A stretch of 34,779 nucleotides of DNA from Anaerolineae bacterium (GTDB taxonomy: Bacteria; Chloroflexota; Anaerolineae; E26-bin7). A program made the position numbers and the translations under genes. Each line of letters opens with the position of its first letter. Position 1 is the stretch's first letter. Where the stretch lies: assembly GCA_029933115.1 (NCBI GenBank), contig JAOZOT010000005.1, forward strand, positions 1-34,779. The letters are read 5' to 3'. The notes beneath the pieces are model-generated. The model did not search any database. It saw only the letters and a list, made by a program, of their open reading frames with translations, and was not told the DNA's origin. Of this stretch, positions 16,155-23,957 are shown piece after piece.

Positions 16155-16500
16155 CAGCCTCCCCGGTTGGCTTTACCACTATCGGCACCGGCTGCGGCTC
16201 TTCGCCGCTCTGCCAGTAATACTCGCATATTTCAACCATGCGCCTTAACCGCTGATCTGATTTGATAAGTTCGGCCATTTCGCGATGCTGTTTCATCGGG
16301 CTGTAAGGGTTTGAGCGGTTGAGCGCTTGCGCTATATCGTCAAAAGTGAGATTCGTGTTTTTACGCGCGATGTAATAAAACACCTTCCGCGCTTCCCTGT
16401 ATCTTGCGCGCCTATTTTTAGAGCGTAAGGTCTGTGGCGTCAAGTAATACGCTTTCGCCACCACTTCTACCAGTTCGTCAAGAGGATGCATTTCCGGCAT
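16084..16500 (-). CDS. Stand-alone DnaA C-terminal (domain IV)-like HTH protein
   Basis: VVAKAYYLTPQTLRSKNR...ARKVFYYIARKNTNLTFDDIAQALNR matches the DnaA domain IV pattern. Confidence 0.8.
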   Translation of the reverse strand: MPEMHPLDELVEVVAKAYYLTPQTLRSKNRRARYREARKVFYYIARKNTNLTFDDIAQALNRSNPYSPMKQHREMAELIKSDQRLRRMVEICEYYWQSGEEPQPVPIVVKPTGEADDGRTRNSEREINQSNDGGASPD

Positions 16501-16837
16501 TCTCCTTCAACTCCTCGCGCAAACGCGCTATCTGCTTCTCCAGCGAGCGGATGCGCTTGTCGGCGGACTGATTATACTTGCGCTTTTTACGCAGCGTCTC
16601 GCTTAGCGCCTTTTCCGCCGCATTGAGTTGCATACGTTTAAATTCTTTCAATTTGGTGTCCATCATAATGTAACCTACCTCAATACCTGTCGGCGTAGAG
16701 TTGAACCATATATTTTCGCCCATTGGCTTGATAGCATCAATCCGCCGAAGCGTCTGCCGCGTAAGCATCCACGAACGTGCATAACCAAATAGAGTGAATG
16801 CGATAATAAATATCAATCCCCATCCCCACCAGGTCAT
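16478..16837 (-). CDS. Membrane-anchored coiled-coil hypothetical protein (119 aa)
   Basis: RBS GGAGG, ATG 16837; N-terminal TM segment WWGWGLIFIIAFTLFGYA. Confidence 0.7.
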   Translation of the reverse strand: MTWWGWGLIFIIAFTLFGYARSWMLTRQTLRRIDAIKPMGENIWFNSTPTGIEVGYIMMDTKLKEFKRMQLNAAEKALSETLRKKRKYNQSADKRIRSLEKQIARLREELKENAGNASS

Positions 16838-17067
16838 TTCATTGCCTCCCTGAAATTCTTCTCCCACCACCATTGGTCTACCCAGACGCCTTCGGGTCGC
16901 GTCTCGCCCTCAAACAACTCATCCTGCCGATCGTCATATGTCCTATCGTGCAGCACGGACTTCGGTATCCAGATGGCGCTGTCCTCATCGTGCCCCACCA
17001 GCACTGCACGGTCGGTTTCGCGCAATATTGCGCCAGCAATGAAGCGCATTTCAACCTGGAATGGCAT
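16834..17067 (-). CDS. Small phage hypothetical protein (77 aa)
   Basis: RETDRAVLV...IWIPKSV pattern common in phage proteins; TAATG/ATGA overlaps. Confidence 0.75.
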   Translation of the reverse strand: MPFQVEMRFIAGAILRETDRAVLVGHDEDSAIWIPKSVLHDRTYDDRQDELFEGETRPEGVWVDQWWWEKNFREAMK

Positions 17068-17195
17068 TATCGTTTTCCCTCAAATGGCGGGCTGGTCACA
17101 ACCGCCTGCACAAGCCCATCGGGTAGCTCCCGCAGCCTGTCAAGCACATCGCCCACAAGGATGGTGTTTATCACGCGCGCACTTGGGCTAGTCAT
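17067..17195 (-). pseudogene. Truncated N4/N6 DNA methyltransferase remnant (42 aa)
   Basis: MTSPSARVINTILVGDVLDRLRELPDGLVQAVVTSPPFEGKR*: N-terminus of a beta-class MTase that ends just after catalytic motif IV. Confidence 0.8.
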
Positions 17196-17872
17196 CGTTC
17201 ATCTCCGGTTAAACTTTGAATACAGTGGTCAATCATCTTACGGAATTGAGAGAGCGTCAGTTTCTGGTTGGCATAGCTATCACGAAGGGGATACTTATAC
17301 CATCTCAGTTGATAGTTGGTGGGCTTGTAATGAAAGTTTGGGCGCACCAGGAGGCAATCGGGAGTGTGGTGGTTGTTAGCGCAGAAAGCGCGCCACTTGT
17401 CCTTGTAATCACAGGTGCAATGCGCCCAGCAGCCATACCCGTCATTCCACTCAATCCCCATTTCGTCGCAGAGTTGTTTCATAACCCTGCGCTTGAACTC
17501 ACGGGTAACTTCCCACTCCGTGACCTCGTCGTCACCGCTTGCCATAAGCATTTCACTGTGGACTTTGTGCTTTTCTTCGTCGTCTGCAAGCCGCCGTTCC
17601 AGTTCCGACTGGTAGCAATCAGGGCGATGCTTGTTCGCCTCAACCCATTCGTATTCCTTGTCGGCATAGCCACAGGTGCAATCGCCCCAGTAGTAGGGGA
17701 ACACGGAAAACACATCGTTTTCAAACTCCTCAATGCGACGATAACCCCACTCATCCTCGCGGTCGGGCGTGCAGGCGTCAAAAAGCCGCTCCAATTCTTT
17801 CTCGTAACCGGCGTCGCGTGGCACTGGATACTCGCCACGTGAATTGCCGAAAAAGTAATTGCCCAACTCCAT
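17192..17872 (-). CDS. Cys/His-rich phage hypothetical protein (226 aa)
   Basis: RBS GGAGGAGG, ATG 17872; duplicated CTC...H.PDC unit; NFHYKP...WYKYPLRD. Confidence 0.8.
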   Translation of the reverse strand: MELGNYFFGNSRGEYPVPRDAGYEKELERLFDACTPDREDEWGYRRIEEFENDVFSVFPYYWGDCTCGYADKEYEWVEANKHRPDCYQSELERRLADDEEKHKVHSEMLMASGDDEVTEWEVTREFKRRVMKQLCDEMGIEWNDGYGCWAHCTCDYKDKWRAFCANNHHTPDCLLVRPNFHYKPTNYQLRWYKYPLRDSYANQKLTLSQFRKMIDHCIQSLTGDER

Positions 17873-18177
17873 CAACTGTTTTCCTCCTCCAGCAAGCTTC
17901 CCAGTATCGCGCAATAGTTCATCAGGTCTGCTATCAGCCCGTCGCGCCCTTCAGGATGCGAGATGCCACGTGTAGCTGAGATAGCCCGTAACACGTGCTT
18001 CATCAGATAGATGGCGCAGACCTGTGACGCGGGGATACCCAGCAAGCCCCCAATGAACTTGAAGTTGTAGTTCACATCGTCTCGGTTTATCGTGTATGCA
18101 GGCGACTTCCCGCCCATCACCTGCCGCCGTAACTTCTCAATCCTGGCGAAATATGCCTCTCGTTCAGTATGTTTCAT
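17872..18177 (-). CDS. Nucleotide-modification-associated domain 1 (DUF1599)-like all-alpha protein
   Basis: K..AY...D...NF, IYLMKH, DLMNYCAIL pattern. Confidence 0.6.
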   Translation of the reverse strand: MKHTEREAYFARIEKLRRQVMGGKSPAYTINRDDVNYNFKFIGGLLGIPASQVCAIYLMKHVLRAISATRGISHPEGRDGLIADLMNYCAILGSLLEEENS

Positions 18178-18192
18178 TGTATCAGCTTCCTC

Positions 18193-18238
18193 AAATAAGG
18201 GGCGGGCAAACCCCAGGAGACTTCACAGCGCCCGCCCC
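18193..18238 (-). terminator. Putative intrinsic terminator/attenuator after the SbcD-SbcC gene
   Basis: 9-bp stem GGGGCGGGC/GCCCGCCCC with a 22-nt loop, followed by TTATTT on the minus strand. Confidence 0.5.
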
Positions 18239-18306
18239 CGTTCCGATTTTCACGCGCCGCTCTTTTTCAGTCAGGACAATACGGCGGCGCTTATGTGTTT
18301 GGTGGC

Positions 18307-21300
18307 TCAACTCACAACCTCCATTACCGCCCCGCCCCCGCGCTTTTCCAGGTATACGCGGGTCGGGAATTCGTTTATCAGCGGCGTGGCGTGCGTCACC
18401 ACAAGCACCTGTTTGAAGTGCGAGACGAACCGCTTCAGCACGTCCACCATCCGGCGACGGTTATCGGTATCAAGCGCATCGAAGGCCTCGTCCACGATAA
18501 ATATCTCCATTCGCTTGCCCTCGCGCTGCGCCTGGTAGACCGCCAGCGCCAGCCTGAGCGCCAGCTTTACCATCTTGCGCTCACCGCCGCTGAAGGTGGC
18601 AACCTCGCGTTCACTTTCGCCGTCGCTCACGAGTATGTCCAGCACCTCACGCTGCTTCCCGCTCTTGGTGGAGCCAAGCGTGCTGAGAGTCACGCGGAAG
18701 TCCTGTCCTTCAAGTATGTCGTCCAAAATCGCCTGTATCTGCGGGACGGCGGCCTCGATGAGCAATTGCGGTATCCCATCTTTACCAAAGGCCTCGGCAA
18801 TCAGCGCATATTGAGCAATAAGTATTTCGTGCTTTTCAATTTCCGCCTTCAGCGAACGCACCTCGTTATCAGCCTGGCGCACAGTTGCGATGCGCTCTTG
18901 CAGCGCGGCAACTTCGCCAACGTGCTTCTCGTGCGATTGCCGCGCCTGGGCTAAAAGCTGCTCCGCAACGTCGCGCTCGGCTTCAAGCTGCTTCTCGGTT
19001 TCATCAGGTTCATCACAAGCGGCAAACGCTTCTTTCTTTTCAGCGAGTATCGCCTGATAGCGTTCCACCTCAGCTTCGTAATCGGCAAGCTGCTCGCGAA
19101 GTTCGGGTAAAGCGGCTTCCTGCCCCTTGATCTCGGCAAGGCGTTGCTTTGCCTGCTGCCCGCTCTTGAGGCGAGCCTGCAATGTCTGCCGCATAACTTT
19201 CAGCGCTTCAAAGTTCACGTCTGGCAGCGCCGCCAGCGCCTTCTCGTGCTCGATCACCGACCGTTTCAATTCGGGTATTCTAGATTTTGCCTCCCGCGCT
19301 TTATCCATAAACTTACAAGGCGGGATTTTCATAGGGCTGTCGCAATTGAGTTCCGGATCGTCTATAAGCGCCGCTTCTGCTTCGGCGTCGGCAAGCTCTT
19401 TACGCGCCGCCTGAAGATTGCTGCGAGTTTGAATTAATAAAGTTTCAGCCTGTAGCTTATCCTCTATATCGGCCAGTTCGCTTTCGGTATCCGCCAGTGA
19501 CGCAAGCGCTTCTATCAGGCGTTGCTTATCTTCGCCGCCGTTTTCCACTTCCTTGATTTTCTGCTCGGTCAGGGATACGCGCTTCTGGGCGTTGAGCAAG
19601 TCCTGCCCGGCGTCCTTGACGGCCTGCTCAAGCTCGGAGCGTTCCTTGTATTTCGCCTTCAGCGCCGCCGCCTTCTCCCGGATTCTCTGTATATCAGCTT
19701 CTTGCTGCTCAATGTTGTCAGCGGCTTTGTCACGCTCGGCGGTGGCCGTTTCAATAGCCTGCTGGATTTCAGGCAGCTTAGCAGCAAGCTCTTGCTGCCT
19801 GTTTTGCTGCAATTGCAGCGAATCGCGCTTCGATGCGAACTCCGAACGCTTATCCTTTGCCCGCTCGTGAATGATTTCAAAGCGCTCAGCTCTAACCAGT
19901 TTTCCGAGCACCGCCTTTCGTTCACGCGGCGGAAGCTCGGTGAGGTCACCGGCGCTGAACTGCGACGAAAAGATAGTGGCAAGCACCAGTTCCTTAGACC
20001 CTATAAGCTGCTCAATCGCGGATTCAAACTCGCGGACTTTAGGGCCAGCAATAGCCTCGGTTTCGTTCTCACGATAAAGGTATGCGTCCTGCTGCGTTCG
20101 CGCTGCGTCAATGAGCCTGCTGGCGGTGTAAGTTTCGCCACCACTCACGAACTCCACCTCTATCAGCGCTTCGCCGTCCGCCCCGCGCGTCACCTGCTCA
20201 TAGAATCCGGGGCGGCTTGGCCACTCGCCATAGAAGCAGGCCAGCACGGATTCAATCAGAAACGTCTTGCCGCTGCCGTTATCGCCAGCGATGCCGATAA
20301 GCTCATTAGAATTGAGAGTAAGCGTAGTATCCTCATGTGGCCCGATGTGCTTCAGCCGGACGCGGCTAACCCGCTCCAGCGAGCCGAGCGCGCCGTTTTC
20401 GCGCGGGAGGTCTTGGGCGAGGTCGTCGATAATGTCATGCACAGCGACATAATTGAATAAGTCGGCGTCCTGCGGGTCTGCAAGCAAGGGACTAAAGGGC
20501 GGACAGCAAGACTGAAACCACTTACCAAAAAGTGCTATTGGCATCTCGTCCACGTTCATATCAGCCGCCCCCTCACGCGCCTTCCGCTCCTGCGGGATGC
20601 GCTCAAATGTCAGGTGCGGCGGATTGAGGCTTATGTCGTCGGGAAGTTCGTAGTCGCGGATACGAACGAAGTCGGCGCTGCGGAATTCCTCTTGGTTGAA
20701 ACGGTAGTGCTCAGCGCCAAGCGTGAAGTAACGCGGCGTGTCGGTGTGGATATGCGTTGCGGTAACGGTGCGTCCTTTTACTTCCAGCACCTCAAAACCA
20801 GGCTCGCACGGCCCCCGATTGTTCCGCTCGGGAACTTCGATGCACATACCTTCCCCGAAGTCCTTCTGCGCTACCGTGCCTACGTAACCGCCAAGCTCCG
20901 GGCGGCTCTCATCCAGCGGCTGGCGTTTGTGGATATCGCCAAGCGCGTAGTAATCTGCGCCGATTTCAATAAGCTGCTCACGTGTGAACACTAGCTCGCG
21001 GTCGGAAGCGTCAAGACTGATGCCGCTTGGCAGCGCGCAGCCCTGCATCTGGCAATGGCCGAGAAATATCACCGGCTTGCCAGCATCATGGCCAACCTGG
21101 GCTTCGAGCCTGAAAGCGTCAAGCTGCTGCTGCACCCGCTGGCGGAACTTGCGCGCAATCTCATCGCGGCTAAGCTCCTGCATTTCGTCGGGCTTGAGCA
21201 ACATGCTCGGATACAGCCACGGCATACACAGCACCACGAGGTCGCTAAAGTGCAGAAATTGCGGGCGTTCCCATACGTGAATGCGCTCATTTCCGAGCGG

Positions 21301-21573
21301 CGCGATTGCCGAACGCCCCAGCCCGAATGCCAGATCGTGCTGGCCTGATATGAGAACGCTTTCGCATTCTAGGTCTTCCAGGAATACTTGCGACATCGTG
21401 ACAAGCTCGCCGGTGCTCGCCTGGGAATCGCCAACCAGCGGGTTATCAAACCAGTCGCCAGCGTTGAGATAGTAATCAATGCTTTCCTGCTCAAGCATTT
21501 GCCGGAATACGGCATCTATGATTTCGCGCCGTTTGCCGTTTAGGTGATGGTCTGCTGAGATAAGAATTTTCAT
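18307..21573 (-). CDS. sbcD-sbcC: SbcD-SbcC (Mre11-Rad50) nuclease-ATPase fusion protein (1088 aa)
   Basis: Phosphoesterase motifs ADHH, AGDWFD, GQHD, LGH, LGDIHK; then Walker A GDNGSGKT, Q-loop FSSQ, coiled coil, signature FSGGE, Walker B/D-loop FIVDEAFDALD, H-loop VVTH; start moved to ATG 21573. Confidence 0.93.
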   Translation of the reverse strand: MKILISADHHLNGKRREIIDAVFRQMLEQESIDYYLNAGDWFDNPLVGDSQASTGELVTMSQVFLEDLECESVLISGQHDLAFGLGRSAIAPLGNERIHVWERPQFLHFSDLVVLCMPWLYPSMLLKPDEMQELSRDEIARKFRQRVQQQLDAFRLEAQVGHDAGKPVIFLGHCQMQGCALPSGISLDASDRELVFTREQLIEIGADYYALGDIHKRQPLDESRPELGGYVGTVAQKDFGEGMCIEVPERNNRGPCEPGFEVLEVKGRTVTATHIHTDTPRYFTLGAEHYRFNQEEFRSADFVRIRDYELPDDISLNPPHLTFERIPQERKAREGAADMNVDEMPIALFGKWFQSCCPPFSPLLADPQDADLFNYVAVHDIIDDLAQDLPRENGALGSLERVSRVRLKHIGPHEDTTLTLNSNELIGIAGDNGSGKTFLIESVLACFYGEWPSRPGFYEQVTRGADGEALIEVEFVSGGETYTASRLIDAARTQQDAYLYRENETEAIAGPKVREFESAIEQLIGSKELVLATIFSSQFSAGDLTELPPRERKAVLGKLVRAERFEIIHERAKDKRSEFASKRDSLQLQQNRQQELAAKLPEIQQAIETATAERDKAADNIEQQEADIQRIREKAAALKAKYKERSELEQAVKDAGQDLLNAQKRVSLTEQKIKEVENGGEDKQRLIEALASLADTESELADIEDKLQAETLLIQTRSNLQAARKELADAEAEAALIDDPELNCDSPMKIPPCKFMDKAREAKSRIPELKRSVIEHEKALAALPDVNFEALKVMRQTLQARLKSGQQAKQRLAEIKGQEAALPELREQLADYEAEVERYQAILAEKKEAFAACDEPDETEKQLEAERDVAEQLLAQARQSHEKHVGEVAALQERIATVRQADNEVRSLKAEIEKHEILIAQYALIAEAFGKDGIPQLLIEAAVPQIQAILDDILEGQDFRVTLSTLGSTKSGKQREVLDILVSDGESEREVATFSGGERKMVKLALRLALAVYQAQREGKRMEIFIVDEAFDALDTDNRRRMVDVLKRFVSHFKQVLVVTHATPLINEFPTRVYLEKRGGGAVMEVVS

Positions 21574-22826
21574 TTCGTTGCTCCCCGCTTCTTTCGCCAC
21601 TTTTCCTGGCACTGACGACAAAATACCCAACCTTCAAAGAACTTCGCATTCTTCGGGTCCTTGCAATAGTTATAAACATCTTCTGCTATTGGGTTTTTGC
21701 AGTGGTCGCATATCGCATAATCGCTTTTGCCGCCCGTTCGACGTTCCGTATTCGGTTCGTCCATCATACTTACTCCTTCGCCCGTATCCTGTTCTGCCGG
21801 TTCAGGGTCGGGCACGAGGCCATTCTTTTGCATATCGTGCTCGACCGGCGGCCCGAGCTCGTTTTCTATTTCCTGATATTCCGCTTCATCGATCGGGTTG
21901 TCGGCATCCTCTTCCAACCGTTGCTCCAGTTCATTGTCGGTCTCGCCAGCAGGCAATGAGGCTCTTCCGCTTTCGCCCGCTCCGCGCATCAGAAGCGTTG
22001 CCACCTGCATTTTGCGGGTATGAACCTTAACTCTTCCTTCCTTATCGGGTTTGCCCCGGTAAGGACGGCGCTCCCAGACTTTCACCAGTTCAAATTCCGG
22101 GGCGCTAAGCGGTATCCTGCCTGCCGACATTATTTTCGCATACGTAAGCACCTGGTTGATGAGCCGATCAGCCGTTCCGCTGTGCAGATCGTATTGAAAC
22201 GGGTTGAAGATACCGATGCCTTCAAGATCAATTAATCTGAGGAATAACCGTCCGCGCCGCGCGCATTTACCTTCAACGAAGTCCGGGCATTCGGTTCGTT
22301 TGCATTCGACTTCGACCCGCTTCCCGTCTAAATCATATCGCATCGCAATACCCGGCTGTTCAGTGCTATAGCACTCGGCAGTTCCGTCAGCCCGATAATA
22401 GGTATACTGAATGTTTGCGGTCACGTCGAAGTTGATCATAAATTTCACGCGCAAGCTCGCAGGAGTCGGGCCGAGTATCTCATCTATTTCCGGCTGATGC
22501 ACGGGATTTTCCGCTTTCACTATGAAGTAGCCAACGTTGAGGATGCCAGGCGATTTGCCCGCTTGCTCGGCGCGGGAGATGCGATCAAGCAATTTCTGCG
22601 CCTGCTCAGGTGTGCAGCGGACAATTTCAGCTACATCATTCGGCTTCCGGCCAGCCAGCGCAAGCAGGTCATCGCCGCTCAAACCAGCCTTGATTTTACC
22701 GGCCCTGGGGATTCTCAATGGTTTATCCCGCATTTCAACTTCAGTGAGAGTGCCCGGCTTCATAATCGGGCCTTCGCCGATTCGTTTTTCGATAGCGTTG
22801 CTGTTGGCGTTATTCGAGTCGTTCAT
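21570..22826 (-). CDS. phiC31 gp3 / recombination directionality factor-like protein with acidic linker and C-terminal zinc ribbon (418 aa)
   Basis: IPRAGKIKAG, YF, PASLRVKF, ECYS, CKRTECPDF...KCARRGRLFL pattern; C-terminal CDHC...CRQCQ; start ATG 22826. Confidence 0.65.
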   Translation of the reverse strand: MNDSNNANSNAIEKRIGEGPIMKPGTLTEVEMRDKPLRIPRAGKIKAGLSGDDLLALAGRKPNDVAEIVRCTPEQAQKLLDRISRAEQAGKSPGILNVGYFIVKAENPVHQPEIDEILGPTPASLRVKFMINFDVTANIQYTYYRADGTAECYSTEQPGIAMRYDLDGKRVEVECKRTECPDFVEGKCARRGRLFLRLIDLEGIGIFNPFQYDLHSGTADRLINQVLTYAKIMSAGRIPLSAPEFELVKVWERRPYRGKPDKEGRVKVHTRKMQVATLLMRGAGESGRASLPAGETDNELEQRLEEDADNPIDEAEYQEIENELGPPVEHDMQKNGLVPDPEPAEQDTGEGVSMMDEPNTERRTGGKSDYAICDHCKNPIAEDVYNYCKDPKNAKFFEGWVFCRQCQEKWRKKRGATK

Positions 22827-22935
22827 TTTCACGCTCCCATATCTGTTGATTAAAATAAGCAATAGGAAAGTGCAGGTCGGCGGTGTAAAGACGCGTGACG
22901 GGCGCGAGAGGCGGCTCTCATCGGAAAATATGAGG

Positions 22936-23151
22936 TCATTTTTGCCCCCTTCGTCGCTCTATCCGGTCAACGAGCAGATTTAAATTATCCTCAGCCCGTT
23001 TCGCGCCGATAACCGCTGCTTGAATAAGCTGCTCGTCAACCACTTTCAGATTTCGCCGGTTACCGTTCAGTATTCGATATGCGGCTGTGGCATCCGCAAG
23101 GCACGTTTTAAGCTTGTTCAGCTTTTGCGTCATATCCCTCGTGCAGCCCAT
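22936..23151 (-). CDS. Helical hypothetical protein (71 aa)
   Basis: RBS AGGAGG before ATG 23151. Confidence 0.65.
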   Translation of the reverse strand: MGCTRDMTQKLNKLKTCLADATAAYRILNGNRRNLKVVDEQLIQAAVIGAKRAEDNLNLLVDRIERRRGQK

Positions 23152-23153
23152 AA

Positions 23154-23414
23154 TCAAGCCTCCTTGTGCTGCCGCGCTTGGGCAATCAATCCGCCAAGCT
23201 CGCGGACTGGGATTTTGAGCACTTTTGATAGCTTGGGAATATACCTATAGGCGGGAATGCTGTTGCCGTTTTCCCAGAGGCATACGGTCTGGGCGGCGAC
23301 GCCGATCCGGTCGCCAAGCTGTCTTTGGGTAAGGCCAAGTTCCGCTCGCCTCGATTGAAGCAGCAATACCAGCTTCCCCTTCGGCGTTAATACGATGTAT
23401 TCATTGGCGTCCAT
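23154..23414 (-). CDS. XRE/Cro-like HTH transcriptional regulator (86 aa)
   Basis: RRAELGLTQRQLGDRIGVAAQTVCLWENGNSIP is a canonical HTH_3 pattern; no peptidase domain. Confidence 0.9.
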   Translation of the reverse strand: MDANEYIVLTPKGKLVLLLQSRRAELGLTQRQLGDRIGVAAQTVCLWENGNSIPAYRYIPKLSKVLKIPVRELGGLIAQARQHKEA

Positions 23415-23422
23415 CGCCAAGC

Positions 23423-23451
23423 AGTATTATAAAGAAAATCAAGAATGTCAA
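23423..23451 (-). promoter_or_regulatory. Leftward sigma-70-type promoter for the Cro/recombination/replication operon
   Basis: TTGACA 23451-23446, 17-bp spacer, AATACT 23428-23423 (overlapping TATAAT 23431-23426 at 14 bp). Confidence 0.7.
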
Positions 23452-23592
23452 GCCCTTATACGAAAAAATCTAGTAATTTCTAATTTCCGGTGGCTCGGAA
23501 AGGTCGCGGAAGACGCTTTCTAACCTGTCCAATGGCCGAAAAACAGATGTTTACCTTTTTCAAAGAAATTCCAGATTCCCCCGCTGAACCCC

Positions 23593-23620
23593 TTGACAGG
23601 GTATCTCTACAGGGTATAAT
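23593..23620 (+). promoter_or_regulatory. Rightward consensus sigma-70 promoter with an overlapping 9-bp direct repeat
   Basis: TTGACA 23593-23598, 16-bp spacer, TATAAT 23615-23620; ACAGGGTAT at 23596 and 23609. Confidence 0.85.
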
Positions 23621-23662
23621 TGAAGCGTGATGAACGATAAAATGAGGAATGGAAGGGATATT

Positions 23663-23881
23663 ATGAAAACGAAAATCAATGGAAGCGACCCTAAAACAAC
23701 AGGGGAAGTGCTTCAATGTCTGCGTGAAGCGCGAGACGGCAATCTCAATGAGTGCCGCCGACTCGCCCAAGCTGGCGTGATTCCGCCTGGATGGAAAGAG
23801 GAAGTGTGCAATTTCTGTGGTGGCGCCATCGCGACTTCGCCCGACGGGAAATTCACCCTTCACATTGGCGAGTGCGGCTAA
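23663..23881 (+). CDS. Small early hypothetical protein with C-terminal CxxC...HxxxC (72 aa)
   Basis: First ORF after the consensus promoter; purine-rich RBS before ATG 23663; CNFCGG...HIGECG. Confidence 0.65.
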   Translation: MKTKINGSDPKTTGEVLQCLREARDGNLNECRRLAQAGVIPPGWKEEVCNFCGGAIATSPDGKFTLHIGECG

Positions 23882-23886
23882 CCTCC

Positions 23887-23957
23887 TACAGGCTCCCCAC
23901 CGTGTTCGACTCACGGCGGGGGGCTATGCCCCCGTGACGGTTCACGGGGAGCCTGTA
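23887..23957 (+). other. Structured intergenic element with alternative folds and a tRNA T-loop-like hairpin
   Basis: Perfect 12-bp inverted repeat 23887-23898/23946-23957; hairpin CCGTG-TTCGACT-CACGG; second hairpin CCCCGTGA-CGGT-TCACGGGG. Confidence 0.7.

Noticed and set aside
18250-18300. Hammerhead-like ribozyme (CUGA...GAAA-like words here and CCGAUGAG near 22915)
   Set aside because: The CUGAnGA core and stems I-III cannot be assembled at either site
23891-23925. tRNA gene or tRNA-derived attP
   Set aside because: Only a T-arm-like hairpin; no D or anticodon arm, no CCA, no integrase
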